DNA of 64,000 bases from an uncultured Flavobacteriales bacterium (GCA_937129365.1 CAKZNB010000033.1:4754-68753); one strand, 5' to 3'; positions 39,956 to 50,979 are shown, counted from the stretch's first letter. Numbers and translations: made by a program. Notes: a model not told the origin generated them from the sequence alone.

Positions 39956-41143
39956 ATGCCACAAATTTCTGATAAAGCGATTCAGATGCCTGAATCTCCA
40001 ATTCGTAAACTAGTTCCTTATGCTGAAGCAGCAAAAAAAAGAGGAACTAATGTGTTTCATTTGAATATTGGTCAACCTGATATTAAGACTCCTGAAGTGG
40101 TAATCGAAAAGATTAAAAGCATTGATAGAACTGTAATAGAATACAGCCATTCAGCAGGTTATGAATCATACAGAAATAAATTAGCGGCTTACTATACCAA
40201 TAATAATATTCCAGTTTCTCCTGAACATATTATGATTACAACAGGTGGCTCAGAGGCTTTACTTTTTGGAATGCAGGTGTGTCTAAATCCTGGAGATGAG
40301 GTAATTATTCCTGAGCCTTTTTACGCAAATTACAATGGCTTTGCAACTGCGAGTGGAGTAAATGTGAAACCAATTACTGCCAGAATAGAAGATGGTTTTG
40401 CTTTGCCTCCAGCACAAGATTTTGAAAAATTAATTACAGCAAAAACTAAAGCAATTGTTATTTGTAACCCTGCTAATCCAACAGGTTATGTTTACTCTAA
40501 AAAAGAGTTACAAGTACTAAGAGATCTAGTAAAAAAGCATGATTTGTTTTTGTTTGCTGATGAAGTGTATCGTGAATTTTGTTATGGATCTACTCCTTTT
40601 TCGGTATTAAATTTAGAAGGGATTGAGGATAACGTAATTATGATTGACTCAGTATCAAAACGATACAGCATGTGTGGGGCAAGAATTGGAGCAATTGTTA
40701 CAAAGAATAAATCTTTGATGGCAAATGCACTAAAATTTGGACAAGCCAGATTAAGTCCACCGACTTTGGGACAAATTGCTGGTGAAGCTGCTTTAGAAAC
40801 ACCAAAATCATATTTTGACGAAGTAGAAGCAGAGTATGTGAAAAGAAGAAACTTGGTAGTTGAAAGACTGAATAACATTGAAGGGGTAATTTGCCCAATG
40901 CCAAAAGGAGCTTTTTATGCCATTGCACAATTGCCAGTGGATGATGCAGAGAAATTTTGCCAATGGTTGTTAGAGGATTTTTCTCACGAAGGAAATACAG
41001 TGATGTTTGCTCCAGCAGCAGGTTTTTATTCTACCAAAGGAATGGGAACTAAAGAAATCAGAATTGCTTATGTGCTGAATGAAAATGATTTACATAAAGC
41101 TATGGACTGTTTGGAAATTGCTTTGAAGGAGTATAATTCATAA
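39956..41143 (+). CDS. PLP-dependent aminotransferase, class I (aspartate/aromatic type)
   Basis: NPANPTG, and the PLP lysine context SVSKRYSMCGARIG. Confidence 0.85.
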   Translation: MPQISDKAIQMPESPIRKLVPYAEAAKKRGTNVFHLNIGQPDIKTPEVVIEKIKSIDRTVIEYSHSAGYESYRNKLAAYYTNNNIPVSPEHIMITTGGSEALLFGMQVCLNPGDEVIIPEPFYANYNGFATASGVNVKPITARIEDGFALPPAQDFEKLITAKTKAIVICNPANPTGYVYSKKELQVLRDLVKKHDLFLFADEVYREFCYGSTPFSVLNLEGIEDNVIMIDSVSKRYSMCGARIGAIVTKNKSLMANALKFGQARLSPPTLGQIAGEAALETPKSYFDEVEAEYVKRRNLVVERLNNIEGVICPMPKGAFYAIAQLPVDDAEKFCQWLLEDFSHEGNTVMFAPAAGFYSTKGMGTKEIRIAYVLNENDLHKAMDCLEIALKEYNS

Positions 41144-41160
41144 TTACGGTACTTTTTATT

Positions 41161-41184
41161 GTCATTCCTGGGAAAGCAGGAATC
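41161..41184. repeat. Palindromic GTCATTCCTG-GGAAAGCAGGAATC element (single copy of a dispersed repeat family)
   Basis: Hairpin ATTCCTG..CAGGAAT followed by a T-rich tract. Near-identical to the arms at 61913-61989. Confidence 0.65.
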
Positions 41185-41254
41185 TATTTTGCATTAATAA
41201 TAGCTTTGTAAGAAATATATTCTTTCTCCGTTTAAAAAGAAAAACTTAAACACA

Positions 41255-41521
41255 ATGATAGAGAAATTAATAGCTTTTTTTAAAAGACCATTTTCAGATA
41301 CAAAAACCGAAACTCCTGAAGAATTTTGTCCTAATTGTTGGGGAAAACAAGAATATGATAAAGTAATTAGGGATTTATATGAAGATCATCAGATTGATGT
41401 AAATAATGGACAGGCCAATCACAATTTTATCCAAAATGTGGTGGTAAATAAGATTGAAGGAATTCGTTTAAGAAAGGGAAATACTGGAATAGAATGTCCT
41501 ACTTGCAAGGTGAATTACTAG
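41255..41521 (+). CDS. Hypothetical zinc-ribbon-like protein
   Basis: CPNCWG ... CPTCK cysteine pairs. Confidence 0.5.
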   Translation: MIEKLIAFFKRPFSDTKTETPEEFCPNCWGKQEYDKVIRDLYEDHQIDVNNGQANHNFIQNVVVNKIEGIRLRKGNTGIECPTCKVNY

Positions 41522-41523
41522 TT

Positions 41524-41552
41524 TTTATGAAAAAAAGTGGGTGTTTCATGAA
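41524..41552 (+). promoter_or_regulatory. Bipartite TTTATGAAAAAAA-N8-TTCATGAA motif (copy 2 of 5)
   Basis: Half-sites at 41524 and 41545, 21 bp apart, 42 bp upstream of the ATG at 41594. Confidence 0.5.
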
Positions 41553-41593
41553 TTATTAAATAGCATTTTCAAAGTTTTTGTTTAAACTTAGAT

Positions 41594-42490
41594 ATGAAAA
41601 AGTTACTGATAATACTCGCCCTACTTAATTTAAGTTTATTTTCTCAATCTCAATCTTACATCCCTATGGTGGAAGATAGCATGATTGTGGTGAATGGTAA
41701 TTGGGGATATGATTTTGATATTCCAATAGTTTATAAATACTTAGGTGATACTAATATAAATTCGACAACATATTTTAGAGTTTTTAAATGTTCTTCATTA
41801 GAAGACTCTAGTTATTCTTTAAATTCTAATACAAGCTATTTTGGAGCCATAAGAGAAGTAAATAAAAAAGTATATTTTCTTCATAAAGATAGTTCTCAAG
41901 AGAATAAAATTTATGATTTTAGTTTGTCAGTAAATGATTCAACAGATTTATTTTTTTCTACTATTTATACAAGTGGTTTAGTAAAAGTAAAATTGAATAG
42001 AATTGATTCTATCACTAAGTTTTATGGTAGAAATATTCGTTACCATGATATGTTTACTACAGGATTTTTTCCATCTCATATCACAGTAGAAGGTTTTGGA
42101 AATATAGATTTATGTGCGAATGAAATAGAAACAGATAATAGAGCTCGAAAACTATGCTCAATAAAAAAGAACAATTCCTCCCACAATATTCCAGCAGATT
42201 ATACAAAATGCTATTGGCAAATTAAAAATTCTTTTATCTCACTAGATGAAATTGGATTAAATGAAATTGAGGTTTTTCCTAACCCTACGGTTGGGGAGAT
42301 AACCATAAAATCAATAGACTCAAAAATAAAATCAGTTTCTGTTTTTGATGTAAACGGTAAGTTTATCGATCAGTTTTCTGTATCAGAAAATAAAAAAGTA
42401 GTTGATTTAAAAATCTATGAATCGGGTATTTACATGCTGAGAATTGTAACTAATAAAGGGATTGTAACAAAGAAAATTATAAAAAAATAA
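41594..42490 (+). CDS. Hypothetical secreted protein with a T9SS C-terminal sorting domain
   Basis: Signal peptide. The C-terminus has VFPNPTVGEITI...GIYMLRIVT. Confidence 0.7.
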   Translation: MKKLLIILALLNLSLFSQSQSYIPMVEDSMIVVNGNWGYDFDIPIVYKYLGDTNINSTTYFRVFKCSSLEDSSYSLNSNTSYFGAIREVNKKVYFLHKDSSQENKIYDFSLSVNDSTDLFFSTIYTSGLVKVKLNRIDSITKFYGRNIRYHDMFTTGFFPSHITVEGFGNIDLCANEIETDNRARKLCSIKKNNSSHNIPADYTKCYWQIKNSFISLDEIGLNEIEVFPNPTVGEITIKSIDSKIKSVSVFDVNGKFIDQFSVSENKKVVDLKIYESGIYMLRIVTNKGIVTKKIIKK

Positions 42491-42492
42491 CT

Positions 42493-43257
42493 TTATAACT
42501 TCCATTTATTAATCTGGCTTATGGCATGGTGTGCAGTCATATCAAACTGAACGGGTACAATTGAAACAAACCCATTTTTAAGAGCAGCCATATCCGTATC
42601 ATCTGCTTGTTCTTGGTCTTTAAATTCACCTGTGAGCCAGTAATATTTTTTACCAAGTGGGTCTAGCCTTTCATCAAATCTATCTTCCCAAAAAGCATTT
42701 GCTTGTCGGCAAACTTTCATTCCTTTCAGTTCTTCGAGAGGGAGTTTTGGCACATTTACATTCAAACATACATTACTAGGAAAGTGATTGTTTAATGCTT
42801 TTTCAATTAATTTTTCAGCAAAATTTTGGGTGGGTTTAAAATCTGCTTTGTGTGAAAAATCATCCAAAGAAAAACCAATGGAGGGAATGCTTTCCATTGA
42901 ACCCTCTACAGCTGCAGACATTGTACCTGAGTAAATTACATTACTTGCCGCATTGGAACCATGATTTATACCCGAGATAATTAAATCTGGTTTTCTTTTC
43001 AAAATATGAAAAATTCCAACCTTAACACAGTCAACAGGAGTTCCAGAACAAGTATAGCTTTCAATTTCACCAAAAACTTCACTTTCATCAATTCTTATTG
43101 GATTATTTACAGTAATTGCATGCCCCATTCCCGATTGCGGACTGTCAGGAGCAATCACCACTACTTTTCCAATTTTGGTAGCAACTTCTACCAATGCTTT
43201 TAGTCCAGGAGCGGTTATCCCGTCATCATTGGTTACTAATATTAAAGGTTTACTCAT
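42493..43257 (-). CDS. surE: 5'/3'-nucleotidase SurE
   Basis: N-terminal ILVTNDDGITAPG, plus GINHGSN and YSGTMSAA. Confidence 0.92.
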   Translation of the reverse strand: MSKPLILVTNDDGITAPGLKALVEVATKIGKVVVIAPDSPQSGMGHAITVNNPIRIDESEVFGEIESYTCSGTPVDCVKVGIFHILKRKPDLIISGINHGSNAASNVIYSGTMSAAVEGSMESIPSIGFSLDDFSHKADFKPTQNFAEKLIEKALNNHFPSNVCLNVNVPKLPLEELKGMKVCRQANAFWEDRFDERLDPLGKKYYWLTGEFKDQEQADDTDMAALKNGFVSIVPVQFDMTAHHAISQINKWKL

Positions 43258-43355
43258 AAAATACTTTTTTAAGTTAATTGCCGTTAATGACTTTTAGTAA
43301 AGTTAAACTATCTTTACTTTTATAAAAATGATAAAAAATCACATACAATACAACT

Positions 43356-44963
43356 ATGAAACAAATAAACTTATTCTTAATTATTTCTTTATTTATTCCC
43401 GCTTCTTTTTTTAGCCAAATTATGGTAAAATCAGAAGTGAAAGAAGCAACGGTATTTTCTAATAAAGCACAAATTACTAGGGTGGAATCTGTAAAACTTG
43501 ACAAAGGAAATAATATGGTGAAATTCTTAGGGTTAGAAAACTCTATATCAAGTAATACTATTCAAGTTTCTGGTACTAATGGCATTACGGTATTATCTAA
43601 TGTTGTGAAAACTGAGACTACATTGAAATCTCAACAGCCTCGAAATATAAGAATTTTGTTAGATAGTATAGCTGTTATAAAGAGATCTGAAGCACTTTTG
43701 TACAAGGAAGTAAAAAATCTTGAGTTTGAGAAAAACGCCATTTTGTATAATAAAAGTGCAAATGGAACTAATAGTGGATTCAATTTAGATAATATGATTG
43801 ATTTGGCTGAATATTATCGTAATAATCTGAATAAATTGGATGCTATGATATATGATAAAAATATTGAGGTTACAAAAGCCCGAGAGGTAAAGAGAGAACT
43901 AAATGTAAGGTTGAATAAATTGGGATACAAAGCTAGAACTACCGTAATGACTATTGAAGTTATTTCTGATAAAGTACAAACTGTTTCCATGAAATTGGTG
44001 TATGTTGCTAACAATATAGGTTGGACTCCTTTTTATGAAATAAAAACAAATGGTATTGGTAGTAATGTAAAGGCTATATGTAAAGCTAAAATCTATCAAA
44101 ACTCAACGGTAGATTGGAAAAACGTAGCACTAACTCTTTCTACAACTAGCCCAACCAATGTAGGTACATTGCCAACGGTTCATCCTTGGGTATTGAGGTT
44201 CCAATCTGATAGAAGAAAATATAAATCGAAAGGGAAAAGTCAAAATCAATATTTTAATGCAAGTCCTCAATCTAACAGAGCTTACACTCAAAGTGTTGAG
44301 ACAGCAGCTTATGATTCAAAATCAATGTCAAACTACACAGTTGCAACTGATAATATGGTAAGCAGGGAGTTTAATATTTCATTGCCTTATTCTATCAATG
44401 GAAGTAATGGAAAAGCTGCTGTTGAGCTTGAAACATTTGATATGCCTGCAAACTATTTGTATTACGCGGCTCCAAAGTATAATTGCAATGTGTTTTTGAT
44501 AGCTAATATTACTAAATGGGAACAATATAATTTCTTGCCGGGTTCAGCAAATTTATTTCTTGAAGGTACTTTTGTAGGAACTACTTTTATCAACCCGAAC
44601 GCCACTGAAGATACAATGAGTTTGGTATTAGGTATTGATAAAAACATTGTGATTACAAGAGAAAAAATAAAGGATTTTAGTAGAAATGCACTATTAGGAG
44701 GGAAGAAGAAAGTAGATATGGGAATTCAGATTACTGTGAAGAACAAAAAGAATGTAGAGATTGAATTAATGATGGAAGATCAAGTGCCAATCTCTAGTGA
44801 TGATGCTATAGAGATAAGTATCAAAGATATTTCTGGTGCCAAAAAAGAAGATGATACAGGAAAACTTACTTGGAAAACTAAGTTGAAAGCTGGTGATAGT
44901 AAGATTTACAAAATAAAATATGAGGTAAAATACCCTAAGAATAAACCTCTCTCTAATTTTTAA
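43356..44963 (+). CDS. DUF4140/DUF4139 (MuiA-like) domain protein
   Basis: Signal peptide, N-terminal EATVFSNKAQITR pattern, a central coiled coil and a C-terminal beta-rich domain. Confidence 0.6.
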   Translation: MKQINLFLIISLFIPASFFSQIMVKSEVKEATVFSNKAQITRVESVKLDKGNNMVKFLGLENSISSNTIQVSGTNGITVLSNVVKTETTLKSQQPRNIRILLDSIAVIKRSEALLYKEVKNLEFEKNAILYNKSANGTNSGFNLDNMIDLAEYYRNNLNKLDAMIYDKNIEVTKAREVKRELNVRLNKLGYKARTTVMTIEVISDKVQTVSMKLVYVANNIGWTPFYEIKTNGIGSNVKAICKAKIYQNSTVDWKNVALTLSTTSPTNVGTLPTVHPWVLRFQSDRRKYKSKGKSQNQYFNASPQSNRAYTQSVETAAYDSKSMSNYTVATDNMVSREFNISLPYSINGSNGKAAVELETFDMPANYLYYAAPKYNCNVFLIANITKWEQYNFLPGSANLFLEGTFVGTTFINPNATEDTMSLVLGIDKNIVITREKIKDFSRNALLGGKKKVDMGIQITVKNKKNVEIELMMEDQVPISSDDAIEISIKDISGAKKEDDTGKLTWKTKLKAGDSKIYKIKYEVKYPKNKPLSNF

Positions 44964-44975
44964 ATCAATAATTAA

Positions 44976-45422
44976 TTGAAATTAACAGAATTAAATCTTC
45001 CCTCTTATGAGGCAAAAATTACCACAAAGGGAGGGAAGCATTTTATTTATGATGAAATAAGGAAAAAAGAAATTGTGCTTACTCCAGAAGAATGGGTTAG
45101 GCAGAATTTCATTCATTTTTTAATTAATCATCACAATTACTCAAAAAATTACATAAAAATTGAAAAACAAATTAAAGTAAATGATAGGCAAAAACGCTTT
45201 GATGGGCTTGTCTATGATAAAAATGGTAATCCAATTGTATTGATTGAGTGTAAAGCTCCAGAAGTAAAAATTTCACAGAATACATTTAGTCAAATTGCTA
45301 CTTACAATATGACTTTGAGAGTTCCATATTTAATTGTCACCAATGGATTGAGCCACTTTATTTGTGAGATTGATTTTGAGAATAATTCCTATAACTACCT
45401 CAAAGAAATTCCAAAGATTTAA
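44976..45422 (+). CDS. HsdR N-terminal-domain-like (restriction-endonuclease fold) stand-alone protein
   Basis: LTPEEWVRQNFIHFL and LIECKAP motifs. TTG start. Confidence 0.55.
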   Translation: MKLTELNLPSYEAKITTKGGKHFIYDEIRKKEIVLTPEEWVRQNFIHFLINHHNYSKNYIKIEKQIKVNDRQKRFDGLVYDKNGNPIVLIECKAPEVKISQNTFSQIATYNMTLRVPYLIVTNGLSHFICEIDFENNSYNYLKEIPKI

Positions 45423-46132
45423 TTTCTGAGCAATCTTTTATACCCTCTTTGTAGTCGCTGCGGAGAAGCACCTAGTTTGTATAAAAGGAAAACATAGCCG
45501 TTAATTAAACTCACTTTTAGCCAAGAATTTTTCTCGTATTTACGAGAACTTACAATTACTGGAGTTTTAATAATAGAATACGGAATATTTAGTTTTTCAA
45601 CACGGTCAATCATTTCAAAATCTTCCATTATTATATATTCCTCATTGTAGCCTTCAAGCTTTGTAAAGGTTTCTTTGTCAAAGAAATGACATTGATCTCC
45701 ACCGCCAGTAAAAGTTCCTTTTTCTTTAACAAAAGAGGCGTTAAATCGCATCCAAAAACCTGGTTTGTCAAATTCGTAATTAAAAAAACCAACTTTGTTT
45801 TGTTTTAATTCTTCTCTAATTAAAACATCAAAATTATCTGGTATAGTTACATCTGCATGAACAAAAAGCAAAATTGAACCAGTTGCCAATTTTGCCCCAT
45901 AATTCATCTGAAAAGCTCTTCCAGCTTCATCTCCATTTGTATAAGTTAAATGAGGAAGGCTTTTACAAACCTCTTCACTGTTATCAGTTGATTTAGGAGA
46001 GTTAACAACAATAATTTCGGTGTTATTGGCTTCTGCTAATTTGGATAATCGAGGGAGCTTTGTCGCAAGATTTTCTTCCTCATTATAGCAAGGAATAATT
46101 ACGCTTATTTTCTCTTTTTTATCCATTTTCAA
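45419..46132 (-). CDS. Family 2 glycosyltransferase
   Basis: ISVIIPCYNEEENL and the HADV acidic motif region. Confidence 0.75.
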   Translation of the reverse strand: MKMDKKEKISVIIPCYNEEENLATKLPRLSKLAEANNTEIIVVNSPKSTDNSEEVCKSLPHLTYTNGDEAGRAFQMNYGAKLATGSILLFVHADVTIPDNFDVLIREELKQNKVGFFNYEFDKPGFWMRFNASFVKEKGTFTGGGDQCHFFDKETFTKLEGYNEEYIIMEDFEMIDRVEKLNIPYSIIKTPVIVSSRKYEKNSWLKVSLINGYVFLLYKLGASPQRLQRGYKRLLRN

Positions 46133-46230
46133 ATTTATAAATCTTTTATTGCATTTGATGCGTAAATATAGTTGAATTCGGCTTTGTAGTCGATAAGTTT
46201 ATATATTTACCAAACCCATAAATAAATACG

Positions 46231-47007
46231 ATGAAAAAACTAATTCAGATTTTCGCACTTACATTTTTAGTTGTTGGAATAACTTCCTCTGCTATTTCTC
46301 AAGAAAAATATACAATGATTGAAGCTTCTAAGCAACTACTTCAATTGCAAAAAGATGGGAAATCAGCCCAGAAAGTGGTTGATTTTTTTGCTAAAGCCTC
46401 TCTCGAAGATATTCAAGCAGAGATAAAAACAAATTACCAAAAATTGGCTTTTTGGGTAAATGTGTACAATGGATTTATTCAATATCATTTGACTAAAAGT
46501 CCTGGATTATACGAAGATAGAAGAAAGTTTTTTAACGAAGAAAGAATTAAAATTGCTGGAGAGGTATTGTCTTTTTCGGATATAGAGCATGGGATTATTC
46601 GTAAATCTCAATCGCCAATTGGTGCAGGGTACATCCGTAGAATTTTTAGACCAAGATGGGAGAGAAAACTGAGAGTAAATCACAAAGATTGGAGAATACA
46701 TTTTGCATTAAATTGTGGAGCAAAAGGATGTCCGCCTGTTGCTATTTATGATCCTGTGTTATTAGATAAGCAGTTTGATTTTATGACAAAAACTTATTTA
46801 GATGAGCAAACAACTTATGATAAAAAGACTAAAACAGCTAAGTCTGTTTCTTTATTTTCTTGGTTTAGAGGAGATTTTGGTGGAAAAAGAGGGGCAAGAA
46901 AAATCCTGAAAAAATATGAGATTACTCCTGAAAAACCCAAAAAAATTGAATTTACTAATTACGATTGGACACTGGCTTTGAATAATTATAGAGAGATAGA
47001 GTTATAA
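46231..47007 (+). CDS. DUF547 domain protein
   Basis: Signal peptide, FWVNVYNGF, IHFALNCGAKGCPP. Confidence 0.65.
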   Translation: MKKLIQIFALTFLVVGITSSAISQEKYTMIEASKQLLQLQKDGKSAQKVVDFFAKASLEDIQAEIKTNYQKLAFWVNVYNGFIQYHLTKSPGLYEDRRKFFNEERIKIAGEVLSFSDIEHGIIRKSQSPIGAGYIRRIFRPRWERKLRVNHKDWRIHFALNCGAKGCPPVAIYDPVLLDKQFDFMTKTYLDEQTTYDKKTKTAKSVSLFSWFRGDFGGKRGARKILKKYEITPEKPKKIEFTNYDWTLALNNYREIEL

Positions 47008-47008
47008 T

Positions 47009-50000
47009 TTATCGTATAATATTCACATGTCCAATTACTTCTTTTTTAGAAGTGTTTACATCTGAATACACTATTTTCCAAACATAGGTGTCTACTTGAG
47101 AAAGTTTACCTTTATATTTTCCGTCCCATTCTGCATCCTTTGATCTTGATTCAAATAGCAATTCTCCCCATCTGTTAAAAATCATGATTTCAAATTGTGT
47201 TAAATCTTCGGTATACACTCTAAATACATCATTAATTCCATCCCCATTTGGACTAAAAGAGTTAGGAACAAATATACTTCCATCGAGAGAGATGATTACT
47301 GTATCCGATACTAAACAACCGTAATCATCTAATAAATTTGCAATATATAAAGTTGTATTAGAGGGTTGAGCAATAGTTGCTTTAGAGGTAGTACTTGATA
47401 AGCTAGTATTTGGACTCCAATAAAAACTACCTGCCGAAGATGTTGCAAATAGATTAGCAATTTCTCCAAAGTTTATAATTTGATCTGGACCAGCATTCAC
47501 AAAAGGAATAGGGGAGAAGCTAATGTTTGTATAAGCTGTATCTGTACATCCTACTGCATCAGTAACCACTACCCAAAACTCAGTAGGAGTAGGAGGATTA
47601 GCAAAAGTAGTATCACTTGTAGGATTCGAAACATAAGCAGAAGGTCTCCAACTATATGAAACTCCACCGCTTGCCCACAATTGAATAGATTGATTAAAAC
47701 AAACCGTATCATCTGGCGAAGAAAATGCTTGAGGTGTGACTACAGTAATGGTAACACTATCAACAAGTGTTGCACACTGATTGGAAAAATCGACATAAAA
47801 AGTGGTTGTAGTAACTGGGTTTGCGGTAACAGTTGGGCCAGAACTTATATTCAAATCTTTGGAAGGATACCACAAATAAGAAGTTGCACCAGAGGCATTA
47901 AGTGTAATTAAATCTCCATAACAAATTGAATCATCAGGTGACAATACAGGTCTCGGAATATCAATTACAGTAATATTTACTGTATCTGAGGCTGGACATC
48001 CTTCTGGTGTAACAACTGAAACTATATATTGAGTTGTTGCAGTTGGAAAAACCCTTGGTGTTGCAGTACTTGGATTAATAATATTTGTAAAAGGGCTCCA
48101 TGAATAAGTTCCTCCTCCTGTGGCATAAATTTGAGCTGTATCACCTACACATATTGTAGTATCATTGCTTGTAGTGGTTGTAATGGTATGAAAACCAATA
48201 TTTACATAACTTGTATCTGATCCGCAAGGATTTGTAACAATCACCATATAGGTTGTGGGAACAGTTGGTGTAGCAATTGGGTTTGCGATTGTTGCATTAC
48301 TTAGAGTAGCAGCAGGACTCCAAATGTAGGTTGTTCCTCCTGTAGCATTGAGTTGAATACTATTTCCTTGGCAAATGTTTGTATCTGGGGTTACTACAGC
48401 AGATGCAGGGTCAAATACGGTAATAGTAATATTAGCAGTATCTGGGAGTATACAACCCGTAGAATCTGAAACTGTGAGAACTACATTGTAGATTCCTGCA
48501 GAGGCATAATTATGTGTAGGTGCAAAAACGGAGCTTGTATTTCCATCTCCAAAATCCCAATGAAAAGTGTTTCCATTTCGGCTATTATTACCAAAAATTG
48601 CAGCTGCTGGATAGCAAATTGTTACGGTAGGTACACTTGCACTTGCTTTTATTTCATTGATATTAAATTTGAAAACTCCTAAATTACAGTTGGTGCTTCC
48701 ATTTGTTGTTGACCAAGCACTGGTAGAGGTAGGGAAATCATTTCTTCCTCCACATCCAGCACAAACAGCTTGATATACATTTCCTTTTTTATCAAATCTG
48801 CTAGTTCCTCCATCTACATGTTCAGCAGATATTGAACCTCCAAAAAATGTGGCATAATTCAATCCAGTTGCATTTTTATCCAAAACCATCAAATAAAAAT
48901 CACTTCCTGTTGTGGTAGTTTGATAGGCTCCAGTTGTAGTTGGTAAACCTGTTGTTGTGGAACCAGAACCATTTACAGTTCCTCCCCATCCACTCATATA
49001 TATGAGTCCACAATCATTTACCAAAAATGCTGATGGAGAAATATCTATGTTAGTCCCTCCAGTACCAAATACAGTACTAAAATTTAATATATTAATTCCA
49101 TTATTATATTTCTGAATAAACTGATGACTTCCAGCATTATTGTATTTACCTGCAGTAACAGGCATTGCACCAAGTGATTGACCAAATACATACACTGAAT
49201 CTGCAATATCAATTTGAACAAAGTAAATTTGGTCATAAGAACTTGTACCAATATATCTTGTTGTTAACAATGCATTGGCAGGACTGTATTTAGCAAGAAA
49301 TCCATCAATACCTCCAGCATTAGTGTTTTGAGCAGAAGTTAAATTTGTACTCGTGGTACCACCAGTTACAAAAGTGTTACCAGTAGCATCTTGCTGAAGT
49401 CCGTATGCTGCGTCATTTCCAGAACCTCCAATATGAGTACTCCAAATAAGAGTGGTTAATGTTGGATTTAGTTTAAAAACTATTCCGTCAGAAGTTCCAC
49501 CACGACTACCTAATCCATTCACAACGGGAAAATTTGTTGAGTTTGTAGTTGTTGCAACATAACAGTTGTTACTCCTATCTACTATTATTTCTCCTCTAAA
49601 TTCATCTCCGTAGTTTCTATTAAGTCCGCCACCAATATTTATTGCGTCATTTCCTGAACCGCCTATATAGGTAGAAGATAGAAGAGCAGTTCCTGTTGTG
49701 TTAAGTTTTGCCACAAACGCATCAGAACCTCCGGCATATTGCATTCCTGTTCCAGCCAAAGAAAATGCGAGTGTTGCTCCACCAGCAAAAGTACTATCAT
49801 AACAACCAACCGTAGTTGGAAAGTTATTGGAGCCAGTACTTCCAAATACGTAAAGTTCTCCTGCGTCATTTGTTACCATACTATGAGGTGCATCATCTGC
49901 ACTTCCTCCCAAATATGTAGAGTACATTAATGCTGTACCATTCAAATTAAATTTTGATATTCCAATATCAACAGGGGTTGTTGTTAATCCAGCAAATGTT

Positions 50001-50875
50001 GTGTCATAAGCACCAGTTGTAGTCCTGTAACCTGTGCCAAAAACATTTCCTGCTCCGTAAGTAAAGCCTAAAGTATCATAAGTAGCTGTAAATCCAAAAT
50101 TATCTGCCGTAGAGCCAGAATAAGAACTAAACACCAAAAAAGGATCAATTATTAACTCATAGTTTTTATCATAACCATCAGGAAATACAAAAGACACTTT
50201 GTTTTTTCTTAATCTAAATTTACAAGGAACAGTTACTGTTTCACCATTAATTATTTGATAAGAAAAAGGTTTGTTTTCAATAATATCAGTTAATGAAGTT
50301 TTTACATAAAGAATACCGTTTTCAATATACATTTCATCAGCACCAGTATATTCGATTTCGATATTTTTTGTTTTTCCTCCGGGCCTCACAACAAAATCAT
50401 ATTTCATGTTGGTTTGTGATTCATAAATTTTAAAATCTATGTTGTTATACATGTTTTTATAAATCACTTGGTTGTATATACCTACATTAGAAGCCCATTT
50501 TGACCGATCATTGCCAATAAAGTAATTTTCATAATGTGGAGCTTTTCTATCTTGAATAATTGTAGAGTTTGGGTTTGAACCATTAAAACTTACCCGCACA
50601 ACATGCCCATGAATAGTCTCTGGCTTTGGAATATTTTTTTTACCATGGCTTTCTCTAATCCATGATTTATCTTGAAAATGATAAGTAATTCCTTGTCTTT
50701 CGAGGAACATAGCTCCTTCGGCTAGGTTGGTTTTGAAAAGGATATTACTGTTCCATTGTCCTTTGTTTTGTTTAAAAAAATAGGTATTGTGAGAGTTTTC
50801 TGTATGCTGAGAAATAGCACCTGACAGGATGCAGGTGTTAAGAAATAATATTATAAGAAATCTTATTCTCTTCAT
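47009..50875 (-). CDS. Very large surface protein with SBBP beta-propeller repeats, a PKD domain, tandem Ig-like modules and a T9SS type-B (gliding-motility-associated) C-terminal domain
   Basis: Repeated YSTYLGGSxxD units, PKD FHWDFGDGNTS...HNYASAGIYNVVL and six or seven similar modules of about 75 aa. The C-terminus has PNSFSPNGDGINDVF...FNRWGELLFES...WDGKYKG. Confidence 0.85.
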   Translation of the reverse strand: MKRIRFLIILFLNTCILSGAISQHTENSHNTYFFKQNKGQWNSNILFKTNLAEGAMFLERQGITYHFQDKSWIRESHGKKNIPKPETIHGHVVRVSFNGSNPNSTIIQDRKAPHYENYFIGNDRSKWASNVGIYNQVIYKNMYNNIDFKIYESQTNMKYDFVVRPGGKTKNIEIEYTGADEMYIENGILYVKTSLTDIIENKPFSYQIINGETVTVPCKFRLRKNKVSFVFPDGYDKNYELIIDPFLVFSSYSGSTADNFGFTATYDTLGFTYGAGNVFGTGYRTTTGAYDTTFAGLTTTPVDIGISKFNLNGTALMYSTYLGGSADDAPHSMVTNDAGELYVFGSTGSNNFPTTVGCYDSTFAGGATLAFSLAGTGMQYAGGSDAFVAKLNTTGTALLSSTYIGGSGNDAINIGGGLNRNYGDEFRGEIIVDRSNNCYVATTTNSTNFPVVNGLGSRGGTSDGIVFKLNPTLTTLIWSTHIGGSGNDAAYGLQQDATGNTFVTGGTTSTNLTSAQNTNAGGIDGFLAKYSPANALLTTRYIGTSSYDQIYFVQIDIADSVYVFGQSLGAMPVTAGKYNNAGSHQFIQKYNNGINILNFSTVFGTGGTNIDISPSAFLVNDCGLIYMSGWGGTVNGSGSTTTGLPTTTGAYQTTTTGSDFYLMVLDKNATGLNYATFFGGSISAEHVDGGTSRFDKKGNVYQAVCAGCGGRNDFPTSTSAWSTTNGSTNCNLGVFKFNINEIKASASVPTVTICYPAAAIFGNNSRNGNTFHWDFGDGNTSSVFAPTHNYASAGIYNVVLTVSDSTGCILPDTANITITVFDPASAVVTPDTNICQGNSIQLNATGGTTYIWSPAATLSNATIANPIATPTVPTTYMVIVTNPCGSDTSYVNIGFHTITTTTSNDTTICVGDTAQIYATGGGTYSWSPFTNIINPSTATPRVFPTATTQYIVSVVTPEGCPASDTVNITVIDIPRPVLSPDDSICYGDLITLNASGATSYLWYPSKDLNISSGPTVTANPVTTTTFYVDFSNQCATLVDSVTITVVTPQAFSSPDDTVCFNQSIQLWASGGVSYSWRPSAYVSNPTSDTTFANPPTPTEFWVVVTDAVGCTDTAYTNISFSPIPFVNAGPDQIINFGEIANLFATSSAGSFYWSPNTSLSSTTSKATIAQPSNTTLYIANLLDDYGCLVSDTVIISLDGSIFVPNSFSPNGDGINDVFRVYTEDLTQFEIMIFNRWGELLFESRSKDAEWDGKYKGKLSQVDTYVWKIVYSDVNTSKKEVIGHVNIIR

Positions 50876-50979
50876 TACTTAGCTAATTCTTCTTTTAGTA
50901 AACGACTCTATCTTCTTTTTGGATGCTTTTTTTGATAAAAAAAACGCTATTTTTATCCATCCTATAAAAATACAATAAA

